Shown in pieces: positions 1 to 11,967 of a stretch of 64,000 nt of DNA (positions are counted from its first letter, which is position 1; each line of letters starts with the position of its first letter). The stretch is from assembly GCF_006345805.1 (NCBI RefSeq), contig NC_042999.1:33666001-33730000 (forward strand), given 5' to 3'. Origin of the DNA: Octopus sinensis. Its lineage: Eukaryota. The position numbers were made by a program, and so were the translations under genes. The notes beneath the pieces are model-generated. The model searched no databases. It saw only the letters and a program-made list of their open reading frames with translations, and was not told the DNA's origin.

Positions 1-379
1 CAATCACCGATGGTGGATAGACCTGAAAAGACGTTACTGTTTAGTAAAGGAATAGCATAAGAAGGTGACCTAGTTAGGAAGCTAAAAGAGGAAACGAATA
101 CGTATATCACTACTGTCGTCTACTACCGCCTGACCATTGTACTTTACTCTGTCTCGTGCCTGATAAAGCTGCAGCGCTTGCACTTCCGCTTTCTGTTCTG
201 TCCGTCACTTGACGGTGGGCACACGTGGTCGCTGTTAGTTAGACAGGATTTTCCGCATTTCGTCTCATTGACAGAGCTGCATTCTTGATCAAACTTGGTC
301 CATGGTGCATCGGCAAGCACTTGCAGCCCTCCACCACTCGGCCAATGCGGTCGGTGAGAGCTCCACATTGGAGTTCGCT

Positions 380-620
380 AGGGCATTAATGGCTGAAGAG
401 AGCGACTACGTCCTCGGGAATCACAGGGCCTCCGGAAAAAACAATCATCTGGTCTTTTCAGGAAGACTTTCGGGTCATAACAGGGCTTACTAGGATGGGG
501 GTGGTGGTGTTGCTATAAAAGATAAGCTCTACAGGTATAGAAGGGCAGTTAGACGGATCTGATCCAGAAACCGTTCTGTATGCATTCGTCCGCCCATTCT
601 GAAGTTTTGCTTATATCCGA
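380..620 (+). pseudogene. Possible degraded LINE APE-endonuclease fragment
   Basis: Translation gives ...LSGHNRAY*DGGGGVAIKDKL, resembling the 'R.DR...GGGVAIY.K' motif of LINE endonucleases. Stops and frameshifts are present. Confidence 0.3.
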
Positions 621-639
621 CAGGTTTCATTCAGGTTGG

Positions 640-705
640 TCGTCTGAGGCTACAGTAGAAAACATTTGCCGAAGGTACCACACAGTGGGACTGAACACGG
701 AAAAC
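640..705 (-). mobile_element. Fragment of tRNA-derived SINE (family C head)
   Basis: 'ttgccgaaggtaccacacagtgggactgaacacggaaa' matches 'ttgcccaaggtgccacgcagtgggactgaacc' of the copies at 42.7 kb and 46.3 kb. Confidence 0.6.
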
Positions 706-840
706 TGTCTCAAAGTAAACTTTTACGACACAGCAAAACCTACACCTATTAAATAATTGGTAAATTATTCGAATAATATTAATTTCAAATTTTGGCACGG
801 TGCCAGCAATTTCGGTTAAGGTGTTTAATCGATTACATCG

Positions 841-915
841 ATCCAATTGCTGAACTGGTATTTATTTTATCAACCCGGAAAGGAAGAAAGGCAAAGAGGA
901 TCGCGCCCAAATTTG
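841..915 (-). mobile_element. SINE fragment (family B)
   Basis: 'aactggtattttattttatcaacccggaaaggaagaaaggcaaag' is the reverse complement of the family B core seen at 20.3 kb. Confidence 0.65.
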
Positions 916-1501
916 AATCTAGAACAGGTGATATGACTTAACGCATTTCTCCGAAATGCTTACGATTCTGTCAGCTCTCCACCTTAATAATTTGAATAAT
1001 ATTAATAAAAGGAAAACGAAATAGAACCAGCGCGTCAGCTGTAATGGCAGTGTTCTCTCAAAAACAATTTCGGGTCTCGTAATTGAATATATTAATAGTT
1101 GGTATTCTCGGAACAAAATTAAGGCTTTTGAAGACGAACTGCTGGAAATACTTGTGCAATGCTTCCAGAATTAAAATTTCGTTCTACTAAAGAAATAAAC
1201 ACCAAGAAGCATATATACATGCGTACATACATGTATGCATGCATACATACATAAACACATATAAACATAAATATATGTATGTATATATATTATGTGAAAT
1301 AGAAAGATGAATAATCTTGTAGTAGATTAATCAAAAGTTTAACCGATACCTTAGTAGCAAAAATCACAGCAGTAAACAGCACGGTTGGAGGTACAACCAT
1401 CTGGCGTTGCAACCGTGCGTTGGTGCGGATAATTGAAATTAAAACATTATTGGTGAATTGAAGAAATGGAGCTGAACGCAGATTGAACAGAAATCGTTTT
1501 A

Positions 1502-1590
1502 TTTCATTCTACACGTGTTTCGAAAGGCACAAATTACCAAAATCCGATTGAATAATGGGACCATATTGTGTCTTTCTCTTCAGGAAGAAA
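1502..1590 (-). ncRNA. Type I hammerhead ribozyme with palindromic stem III
   Basis: Minus strand: UUUCUUC-CUGAAGA-GAAAGACACAA...UUGUGCCUUUC-GAAA-CACGUG-UA/GAAUGAAA. Stem I is 7 bp with a 1 nt bulge, stem II about 11 bp with one mismatch, stem III the palindrome ACACGUGU. GUA cleavage falls between 1510 and 1509. Confidence 0.85.
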
Positions 1591-2193
1591 AAAGGAAATC
1601 CGTTGGAAAAACAAAAACAGAACAGAGGCGGAGCAAAAAACAAATCGAACTGTGCTCCTAAGAGCCCATGGCGAAAGTGTTTATCAGTGTATGTTGAGAA
1701 CCGGTGGCTGAAGAATTCAACGGGTCAGGCATCGGTAAATCATGTGGGTGAGGGTGTATAGATGTTCTTTGTGACCGAGAATAAAGTTCTGACTATTTAA
1801 GGAATATTGGATGTTTTATAAGGGGCGAGAAAAAATCTACTTAGAGACGTGTGTGTGTGTATACTGTTCTATATATGTGTGTGTTGGCGTAGGGGTAGAA
1901 AACATTTTTTGTGTACGTGTGTGCGTTTGATCGTTCGGCTGTCAGTGGCTACTGCCGTGATAACCGTTGGGTGGCAGAAAGAAAAAAATTAAAAAAATAT
2001 ATATATATTATGTTTTATGTGTGTGTGTGTTCATCTAAGCCTGCCTTGTCAAGGAAACCCCTCGCTGTGAAAAAACCAAGCCCCGTTTGTCTTACAGGAG
2101 TAATTCCCCTTGCAGTGGTTAATCGTAGATATCTTAAAGGCTATTTCAGAATTTGATACCAAGGGCTATGGGTGCCGGTATTATTTATAAACG

Positions 2194-2600
2194 CTATTTA
2201 AAGGCCAGATAAGTGTAACGCCGCCAATGGGGGCATCGAAAAGCCGACTGTAAGAGCCCGTTTACCATCCGGCCTCTGGTAAACAAAATATGGAAGAGTT
2301 CGGAGACACAAAGGTTGCACTGTCTTCTGCACCTATCAAATGGGAGGGCCACCGACAAAATTGACCATTCCAGCCTATAGCTTAAGTTCGCATCCTTCAG
2401 TCGCCATATTAGCTTACTGAGTCCCGTGGTCTGGCGCTTGTTCACGTCCCGAAAAGTTGCGTAATGGTTGGAGACACGCAAAGACAATCTTGAGGATGAT
2501 GCCCCTACATAAGTGAAGGCATCTGAGTCCGTGTAAACCTTGCATTGGTAGACGGCGTTTTTGATCTTGGAGTTCGCCGACGTGAATCTTAATCTGCTAG
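2194..2600 (-). CDS. PLE GIY-YIG endonuclease domain (C-terminal part of the PLE ORF)
   Basis: [10 protein letters not shown]...[21 protein letters not shown]...[11 protein letters not shown]...LEWSIL...CNLCVSE...RCPH follows the PLE GIY-YIG pattern (VY..YIG.T..F..R..NH..SF..LS..IW.LK..C.LC..E). The ORF start in microsatellite is spurious. Confidence 0.85.
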
Positions 2601-2996
2601 GATTAGTTTCTGAAATTAGAACTGCGTTCCTGTCACTATATTCGTTCCGAGACCTGCAGCCGCTTACTACTCTATTTTCCACTACGTCACTATTAACTAT
2701 AGGAATAACCCCTGATTCTCCACTATCTATCAGGGTGCTGTCATTGCTACTGCCCGTGGTACTGCTATTGCGGGAAATGATGCTGGGGATGCTAATGGGG
2801 CTCTCTACCCTACTCCCATTGTTACCGTCAACCACAACACCCCTATTTATAACTATACCCCTAGTGGGTACTCCCTGGCTGATATATATATATATGTATG
2901 TGTCTGTATATATAAACATATACACATATATATATATATATAATATATATATATATATAAAGAGAGAGAGAGAGAGAGAGATACATATATACATGC

Positions 2997-3057
<61 letters not shown>

Positions 3058-3761
3058 TGAGTGAGAGAAAGTGACAGAGAGTGAGGCAATGAAAGAGAAC
3101 GAGAACGTCATTGCCGACTTATAGGCTATGTGGTAAAGATTAAGTTTACCTCACCAACAACCAGTTTCAGCGAAACATTGATTACAATCCTTGCTCTTAA
3201 TATCTTATATAGTTGAGTACATTTTTTTGATATAATAAGAACTATTTCTACTTAAACCGCCCTCCAAGACTCTGGAATTGTCTATACATATAGAAATATT
3301 TGTATTGATCAACATAAAAACGCGGAAACTTCAGTACACACTTGCAGAAATTACTGTCTCCTCTACTACATGTGCATATGCAAACGATGAAAAAGTGAAG
3401 ATGCTGTTTACCATCTGAAAATTATTTATGTATATATGTATATACACACACACACACATATATATATATACATACATATATGTGTGTGTATGTATATAAA
3501 TACATATACAATGATAGATATAGATACACACACATATATATATACGCATATATACACACATTTATATATATATATACGTGTACATATATAGGAATATATG
3601 TTATATATATATATAAATACATATACATACATGTATATCTGACATATGTATACATACATGCATCCATGCATACATACATCCTCATGTGTGTAAAAGAAAA
3701 TACTTATACGAGGAAGTATAGCGACGATCCTATATTGTCTTATATACGACAATACATAAAT

Positions 3762-4018
3762 GGAGGCGCAATGGCCCAGTGGCTAGGGCATCGGACTCGT
3801 GGTCATAGGATCGCGGTTTCGATTCCCAGACCGGGCGTTGTGAGTGTTTATTGAGCGAAAACACCTAAAAGCTCCACGCTGAATATCAACGAGAACTACG
3901 TTAAGGGTACACGTGTCTGTGGAGTGCTCAGCCACTTACACGTTAATTTCACGAGCAGGTTGTTCCGTTGATTCGGATCAACCGGAGCCCTCATCGTCGT
4001 AACCGACGGAGTGCTTCC
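3762..4018 (+). mobile_element. tRNA-derived SINE (family A), internally deleted
   Basis: Pol III A box TGGCCCAGTGG (3772-3782) and B box GTTTCGATTCC (3816-3826). Flanked by the direct repeat aatacata. Homologous to 20654-20950 but lacks its middle. Confidence 0.85.
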
Positions 4019-4413
4019 AATACATACATACTTTAAATGCTTATAAAAACATGACACAGAAAAATAACTTCTACTCGCGCAGACATAAATACCGTAGTGT
4101 ACATTTAGAATAAATATACCAATGAGGTTTTAAAATCTGCATTTAATAATAGTAACTGTAGTTAAAAGTTGCATATGAGAAGAGTGATAGTAAAGAAAAT
4201 CTGCTTGTGAAAATGGTATATGTAAATAAAATCCCTCCTCTCTTTTTTAGTTGTATGTTGAAAGGAATTAAGTAAACTTAGGTTTCTCTGGCGCAGTCTG
4301 TTGTTTTCCGAAGGTTATTGGTGTGTGTTGCTGGTGCTTATAGTACCTTGAGGATGGTGCATTTCCCATGGCTCTTGCAGCGCGCACCAATGCTACACGA
4401 GATCAGTGAAATC

Positions 4414-4494
4414 GAATACTCTAACGTTTCGTTTTTAGTTTAAACTGCTTCATATCAACGGCTGCACGGAACACTTCATCAGGCAGAAAATTCG
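4414..4494 (-). ncRNA. Degenerate hammerhead ribozyme motif
   Basis: Minus strand: CGAAUUUUCU-GC-CUGAUGA-AGUGUU...AAAAC-GAAA-CG-UU/AGAGUAUUCG. The core is intact and stem I pairs 9/10 with a 2 nt offset, but stem II is weak. Confidence 0.45.
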
Positions 4495-5682
4495 AGACGG
4501 CTGCTGCTTGGACAGAAATATTTTGACCTACTGCTTAGTAGGTCCGATCCGAATCAAACGATCCTGGCGAAAATCCTCGAGACAAAGTTAAATAATATGG
4601 TTCAAGGGTTGACGTAGGAGACCAACCATCTCCGAGAAAAGCTAACCTATATAGTGGTGAGAGAAAAAACAAAAAGGATTTAAACCTGCTTGTAACCTAG
4701 AAGTTGAATCATATCCAATAACGATAAGATTCCAGTGAGCTGAGTAGCACTTCTCTTTATGTGCTCAACGATATCTCAATTCGAAGTAGCTGATAATGTC
4801 ACTCGAGCCGTATAGAATGATTGTAGTTGTTGGAGGCTGAAATAATTTCTGGCTCCGATGGGAAGTACTAGTTTATGTACTGTCATATTCGCTATGCAGA
4901 GTAAGTCTTTTGCCAAGGCAGATTCGGTGAGGATATAACATAGCATTTGGCCAAACAATGTGAGTTCGACTGAGTGTCTCTCATGTTTAGTGGGGTTGGT
5001 GTTCGATGGGGATTTTACATATGAATGTAGTTTGATACTTTTTGTTGTTAAAAGACAGGGCTGATATGCGTCGCCTATATAATGTTCTCAGTGCCTAAGT
5101 TTAGATAACACTAACGTGGGTTGATATCTGGCGGCGAGGAACATTCTACAGGAATAAATAATTTTTCAATTGCATAATAGCGGACGCTACTGGATGTAAT
5201 GGCAATAGCTTATTAATATATATAGAAGCAAGAGAATGGTAGACAAAATCGAGTGTGAACACAACACAGTTCACCGAGAGTGGGACAAGAATATCTACAT
5301 TAATACAGCTCTTAATGTTACGATTTCATTGGACGGTATCAATCTAAGATATAGGGGATGAGTGTAGCTCGTTGGAGTGAAGTTTGGATATTTTGCATCG
5401 GAATCACGGTGGGATTCTTTACAGATGTCTTGGTAAAAAATGTGCTTTTCATTAAATAACTGAAAAGCAATAAAACACACGTGAGTGACAAACAAAGGTA
5501 GAGTACCAGTGGAAGCTGTACTGCTACTCATTCAGGAGAAAGTGGAGGGAAGTGAGAGAGAGAGAGAGATCACTGTTAATTGCTGTCTCTATTACTTATA
5601 TTTCTTAACGATTAACGCATAGATTGGGTGGGTCAGAGATTTTGCTTGCCTTTGGCATGCGACACGCCAAGATATGCATAAA

Positions 5683-5738
<56 letters not shown>

Positions 5739-5794
5739 CGTATGTATATGTATATATATACATATATATATATGTATGTGTCTGTGTATGCTTG

Positions 5795-5831
<37 letters not shown>

Positions 5832-5951
5832 TAGCAGCATAGCCCGGCGTTGCCCGGGTATGTAAGAGCCCCTAGTAGGCAACGACTAATCCCAATGTAG
5901 TCCTTCCCTCCAGGGAACGAAGGTGCATGTGGACGTTGCAATGTCTTGTCT

Positions 5952-8900
5952 TCACTGGAATACTTCTGTATATACGATGTTCCTAGCTGTCCGTTGGGCG
6001 AAAACATGAAAACATCATTGCGCCTCCCAACGCGTGAACAGCCCACGTAGAGTTGACCGTGGGCGAAGCACTGTTCGCCCAAATGTAACCAGCGACTTGT
6101 AGCGTTTGGCCTTGGGATTTATTGATGGACATTGCGAAGCAGAGTTTAACAGGAAACTGAGAACGCCTGAAGTGGATTGGTAGGTCAGCGCCCGACGGTT
6201 GAAGGTGCATCCGTGGAATGAAGACGTCCTCTCCCTTCCACAACCGGTAAGTATTGTGGCCGTTATTAAATGTGGTGCCAAAGTTTCACAACAAACGTGT
6301 GCCGTTGCACTGTTTAGGTGGAACCAAATTCCTGATGCGCATAATGGGCGCACCGACTTTTAACTTCAGGATGTGTGGTGGCAGGCCTGGCGGTTCAAGT
6401 GAATTCAGGAATTCAACAGGATAATCGGCAAGCTGGGCGGGGTCTGCTGTCCTATCTATAGATTTGTAGACGTGGACATCACCAGGAATAGCTTCAAGTA
6501 GCTGGATATTGATGGAGTTGACGGTTGTATTTTTGGGTGCGAGAATAGCTCTGCCTGCCAGCCATTTTAGGTCGCGTAAATTGTTTTGTAGGTCGTGGAA
6601 GACAGCGTCCCGGAGGCTAGCAGGGGTGTCGACAATGGTGCAAAGTGAGTCCAATTGAACGTAGCCATCCGCATCAGACAGCATCCTATTTTCACCGAGC
6701 GATAAGAGGTCCCTGGAGAATGCAGCGGATCCGCTGTCACCAATTAACTGCGCGCGCATGTTAGTTTGGAGGTGCAAGGGCCGCACATGTGCCCAAAGAG
6801 CTGACGACTTAAGGCACGCGCGCACGGCATCGGCACGGGTTCCTTTTGGAATAACAGGTAGAGTCTGCCTGAAGTCTCCTGAAAGAAGTAAAGTTAATCC
6901 TCCCATGGGGGCCGTAGAGTCTCTGATGTCTTGCAGGGACCTGTCCAGTGCCTCAAAGGCGCCTTTGTGGTGCCATAGTGCACTCGTCCCATACGATGAG
7001 TTTGCATCTGCGAAGAATGTCGGCCTGTTCTGAGTTCTTGGCGATGTTGCAGATAGGTGACTCGGACTTGCCAGATCGAGCGGGAGTCTGAAGGCAGAGT
7101 GGGCGGTTTTGCCACCCGGAAGCAACGTGGCCGCGATACCAGAGGAAACTACAGCCAGGGCAATGTCCGTGTTGCGTCTGACCTCTCCAGAATTAGTTTA
7201 GTGACGAAGGTTTTGCCTGTGCCGCCGGGTGCATCAAGGAAGAAAATCCCCCCACGTTGCTGTCTGACAGAGTCTACGATGGTGTTGTAGGCTATGCGCT
7301 GGTCTGGAAGCAGCCGTGGTTCATTATCTTGGACGTACTGGTGCAGTTCCTCAATGCAGTAGGAAGTTTCGCGTAACAATTCAGCAGACATAACATTGGC
7401 GTGTTCACGTGTGGGTGGTGGAAGGCCGTACTCTGTTAAAGCAGACCCACCCATATCGATGACAGCGTCTTCGAGTTGAATGAGCGCAAAATTGTAAATG
7501 AAGTTGGTGAACGTGATCTCGGCGGAAGGGCAGTGTTGCTGAGCCGTACGTAAGAAGTCGTGCGACATGTCATCCCTGTATTTCATCCAGAGACTAGTGG
7601 ATGACTAAGCTGACATTTTTGAAGAAGGATTGCGAAAAGATGTCGCAGGGCGAATGCGTTTGCAGTAAAGCACCTCTGCCATCGTGGCGTCCCACTGGGA
7701 GTCATCCTCTAGAAGGCCAAGTCTCATACATGCTTCCTGAAGGTGTCGCACAGAACCCCATTGACGGTACTTATATTGGCGAAACCTGTTGGACCAGTGA
7801 CCTCATGTAGAAGGAGACGGAGGTAGAAGCATTCTTGCTGGTTTGGCGGGATGTTGTAAACTCGACCCAGGCAGGAGTCAAACTTGACGCCTGGGAAGCT
7901 TTCGACGTTTTTGCCGGATTTCCGTCGAACCCAGGTGTTTTTAGACCACACGAAGTACGATGGGACCTGTGGGTACAAAAGCGTTCGAGCGAAGTCATCA
8001 CGTTGGCATAATTTGAAGAAACCAATCAACGTTGTGTCTTTAGGGCTGGTGGCTATCTGCACAGCACTTTGCTCTGTGAAGTAAATCCGCTGTCCATTTT
8101 CCAAGTGTACAGCAAGCTGCACCACAGCCGGTGTCTCTGATGGAGCAGGAAGCCGTAAATGCGCCAAAACGCTTCGTTGCTGCTGAGGTACCGGCCAGCC
8201 AAGTAGTTGGACACTTCGTCGCGACTGGTGGTCCTCTGGATGCTGAACATGGCAGCATCGCTGCCTTTGTTGATATATTTGCAGACATATTGTATTGACC
8301 TGATGGAGCTGCAGAACTCAACGTTGACGTGGGCTTTGAATATCTTCGACAGGAGAGGACAGTAGGGGACAATGTAGCTGTTGTCCACTTGATGTCGCCC
8401 AACCGTAATCGTGCGGCCTCCATTGGCTGGACTCCTTCGTTTGTACAGCGGATACCATCGCCGCCTGTTTGAGTCTCCAAAGTGAACCGTTTAGGGAATC
8501 CCTTTGAGCAGGCTAATCCGGTTTTGTAGCATGGTGTGTTGGCGTAATTTGGGTCCACAGGGCCCGTGTACCATGGTAGTGCGGACAATTTCGTAGAGTC
8601 CGGGGTCCTCATCGGGGTCAGGAATCTCGGCGGAAATGAATTGTCAATGTCATTAGTCTCATTTTATGAGTGAGCCAAAATTAAGATGTGAGCATGTGGC
8701 AAGCCCCTCTTTTGCCACTCGACCGAAAACATGTGGCACCTGACATGCCCGAAAATCTGACCCTTAACTATCAAATCCTTCATTTTGCCCAAATTCAGAC
8801 GGAAAACCCTAGCAACGATGTCGTGTCGATGGGTGTGAGATTGACCCGGGAGGATTTCGCGAGTGATTTCGTCGCAGCTGGGATTGCACGTGTACGTGAT

Positions 8901-10811
8901 AAAGAGGTCCGGCCGGCCGTAAATGCGCACGTAGGTCAAGGCGTCTTGGGTCCTTTCACGCATATATCGCGGTCCTCCCGTGAAGGTGGAGGGTAGAATG
9001 CATGGCTTGCCGATGTTGCGAGGGTCATTTTCTTGTTGCAAACCGTCACGGAGATGAATGTAGGAGTCGGAGCGAAGTTTGGTCTGATTAAGTTTAATGT
9101 ATAGCAGCCTTTCCGATTCCATTTTTGCGGCCATGTCGGACGGCGAACTGGTTGAATAGCTGACGACAACGGGGCAATAAGTTGAACTCACCCTCCCTGA
9201 CCATGAACCGGTATGAGTAGAACGCCCTGCAGGAAACCGTCTTTGATGCCGCAGTAGTTTGATTGAGGGCTGCCCTAAAGGAATTCCGAAGTGGTAGCCA
9301 TCTTCCCCATAAGGGAAAAGCAATGGATACTGAAGCGCGTCATAAGATCTGTGAGTCTCGCTGATCCTGTGTAGGTTGTTACCACGGGAGGAGATGATTA
9401 TGTCACGGCTGTTGTGTTGCTCTCCGTGTATAACTGCGGCAATTTCGTTGCACGCAGGTGCGTTGAAACGGCGTTCGTGCTCCCCGTGGGGTCGTTTATC
9501 AGCATCAATGACAACGGTGAAGTTTGGAGAAGGAGCACTGTCCAAGCATATCTGAAGCTGCAGACGTAGCTGTTGATATCATGAAGCATGGTTTGGAGAC
9601 GGAGAAGAATGTCTTTGCGGGGAACATAGCTTGTACCCGGTATTATTCCAAGGCGTGCATCAACCTGGTGGTTGTAGTCGGCAATGAAGTATATTTGGAG
9701 GAAAGAAGACTGCTGAATCTCGTCTGGCAGAAGTGACCCAATAAGATGGTAGACCTGTCCCTGCACTTTGAAAGTAGGCATCCAGCCTTCTCTGGGGGGA
9801 ATTTTGGCCCCGAAAGAGGTCATTTGAATGAGCAGTTGTACTTTCGAATTATTTCAAGGAATTGTGACGAATCGGGGGTTAAACCCGCCGCGAGATCCTT
9901 CAGTGGTTGAGGTGGTTCCCGTAGGGGTGGCAGGTCCACCTTTGCCACCAGAGCAGCACAAACCAGGTGGCTCTCCGGGCCATTTCTTGGCTTTGCAAAA
10001 CTGGCATACAATTGTCATTGACCCTATCTTGATGTCGTCACGCAAGGAAAAGTTAATTGTGGCGTCGTAGTTGAATGCTAGTGACAACCAGAAAGCGGGG
10101 GCAGGGGTACGTACACCACGAATGATATCCCGACGTTTGTTGATACTCTCAAGTCGAGTGCACCGTGCCTCAGCAGATTCAGATGCACGTGCGACAGCGG
10201 TAGCAGTGGCATCCCTTGAAAGCATTTCAGCTCTCGCCTCAGCACCCTCTGAAGCCCTAGCAGAAGCAGGTTAATGGCATGTCTGGATGTCCGAATAGTC
10301 CGTTGGTGTGGAGTTTCGGCAGATCGAGCCCTGGCTGTGTTTGCGGCGTTAGCAGCTTGGCGAGCTCTCCTCTGTTGAGGTGTTTCGGCAGCTTTGGCCA
10401 TGGCTTTGTTTGCGGCGTCAGCATCTTGGCGAGTTCTCCTCTGCTGTGAGGTTTCGACAGATCGTGTCCTGGCAGTGCTAGTGGCGTTAGCCGCATTCCG
10501 AATGGCCCTTTGTTCGGGGTTCTCGCGAGCTCTGCGGATGGAAGCACAGTAAGAAGCCCGCATGTTTTGGCTGGACTGTTGCTCTTTCGTCAACCTCAAG
10601 CGGAGGGAAGATCTGTACGCTGCGACCCTTGCAAGTCGGGTAGAACGGTCGCTAGTAGTTTCAGATGCCTGAGCAGCGGCATAACGGGAAGCTGGTTGCG
10701 AGAGGCGCAAGGCGGTTTCCTCGTGGGTCTCGCGTGCCCTTCTAGCCTAGCAGCCGATGCCTTGGCCGTCCGAGGGCTGATGAGGAGGGTCCTTCTCTTC
10801 TTGGGTGGCAT
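5952..10811 (-). pseudogene. Helitron Rep/PIF1-type helicase (RepHel), ~1600 codons, many frameshifts
   Basis: Start MPPKKRR. Zn-finger CQFCKAKKW..E..GLCCSGGK. Rep motifs PDLFITYTC, VEWQKRGLPHAH (HUH) and YVCKYINKG. Helicase motifs DAPGGTGKT, GDFRQTLPV, FAMSINKSQGQT and HGQLYVGCSRV. Ends NIVYTEVFQ*. Confidence 0.93.
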
Positions 10812-10933
10812 TTTGGTGGATAGCAATGTGTTTGGCAAAGGTGTAATAAAAAGGAACACGTGGGGTAAGTATTTTGGTGGATAGCAATGTGTTTGGTAAA
10901 GGTGTAATAAAAAGGAGCTCGTGGGGTAAGTAT
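10812..10933. repeat. Tandem 61 bp duplication immediately upstream of the Helitron ATG
   Basis: tttggtggatagcaatgtgtttgg(c/t)aaaggtgtaataaaaagga(acac/gctc)gtggggtaagtat occurs twice. Confidence 0.9.
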
Positions 10934-11967
10934 CCGAAAATGTATAAAAATGTACAAAAACGGCCAAAAAGCTGGCAGCAATGTGAGTGACAACAACGAA
11001 AAAGTCAAAAGTGATCAAACTGAACAAACGAAAGGAAAAGTTTTTTGATGCACACGACAAAAGTGGTTTATAATAAACCAAGAGTTTGCAAGTAGCGTCC
11101 GAGGACCGTTAGGGTACGTCAAAATTTGAAGGTAAAACGTTTGGGGTGGTAGTTATAAAGAAAGTTTAAACCCAAAAAGTATTCGAATAACTTGCGGCTG
11201 CAGCAGCTATTAGCAGAAGTGGCGGTGTTGGGGGTAAAGTCTCGAATGTAATTTCTTCGTGGTAGGAATTGGTTGGATCGAATTATCGATAGCTCTAAAA
11301 AGGTCAAGTTGCGTCCCCTAGACAGTCTGGTTTGTGTTTAATACACAAATTTGTTTGCTATGTGTGCCACATATGATTAAATTAACCGATTTTTTCCAAT
11401 AATGTATCCTATTGGAATAAAAAGGGCTATATAGCTCCTTGGAGCAGACATGATGCTCGTTGTGAAAAAAAAAAAGATTCCTGCCAATTTGTGAAAGATA
11501 TTGTCGAAAATATGTCATCTTGAATTTGAACGCGATTTCCCAAAATGGCATGATTTTATCGATTGTTTCTGATGGTAAGGTATTGCATGGAAAACTAACG
11601 TCAGAATTGAGTTTCTTAGGGTAACATTAAGCTTCACCATGAGTTTGGTGAAAATCGATTGCAAGTTGTGAAAACTACCATAGTTATGCGTTGCAAAAAA
11701 AAGCTTAGATTCTCGAGTTGCGTCCCCTAGACAGTCTGTGGTTCATGTTTATGATTCTCGACCCCATGTCGAATTTATCAATTTTTTTCAGAACTGGGGG
11801 AACTTTTCAAAATTTTCGCTTCGTTAGTTTTGAATTATGACATTGGGCTATGTGTGTGTCAAGTTTCATCAGAATCGGTTGAAAGCCGTGGTCAGGGTGA
11901 GGGTACGAGAAAACAGACACACAGAAGCACGCACAGACAAACTGCCGTTTATATATAGAGAGATATA

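Larger units (their letters stand above)
1290..2880 (-). mobile_element. 5'-truncated Penelope-like retroelement: GIY-YIG endonuclease plus long 3' region with hammerhead
   Basis: GIY-YIG ORF segment, hammerhead at 1502-1590, and a diverged homologous copy at 49139-50245. Confidence 0.85.
5831..11963 (-). mobile_element. Full-length Helitron (~6.1 kb)
   Basis: Minus-strand 5' end A|TCTCTCTATATATAAA at 11963. 3' end has hairpin CCCGGGCAACGCCGGG (5843-5858) followed by CTATGCTGCTAG|T at 5831. A/T target with no TSD. Encodes a Rep-helicase. Confidence 0.95.

Noticed and set aside
390-425. CUGAAGA-GAG...CUC hairpin
   Set aside because: It is followed by GGGA rather than GAAA, with no stem III or stem I.
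2561-3064. 167 aa hydrophobic + strand ORF
   Set aside because: It is the antisense shadow of the PLE frame plus microsatellite.
3762-3835. tRNA-like sequence (also the heads of other SINEs)
   Set aside because: These are SINE heads with A/B boxes followed by SINE body; there is no complete cloverleaf or acceptor stem.
6758-10884. + strand ORFs overlapping the Helitron
   Set aside because: Antisense shadows of GC-rich coding sequence with no recognisable motifs.
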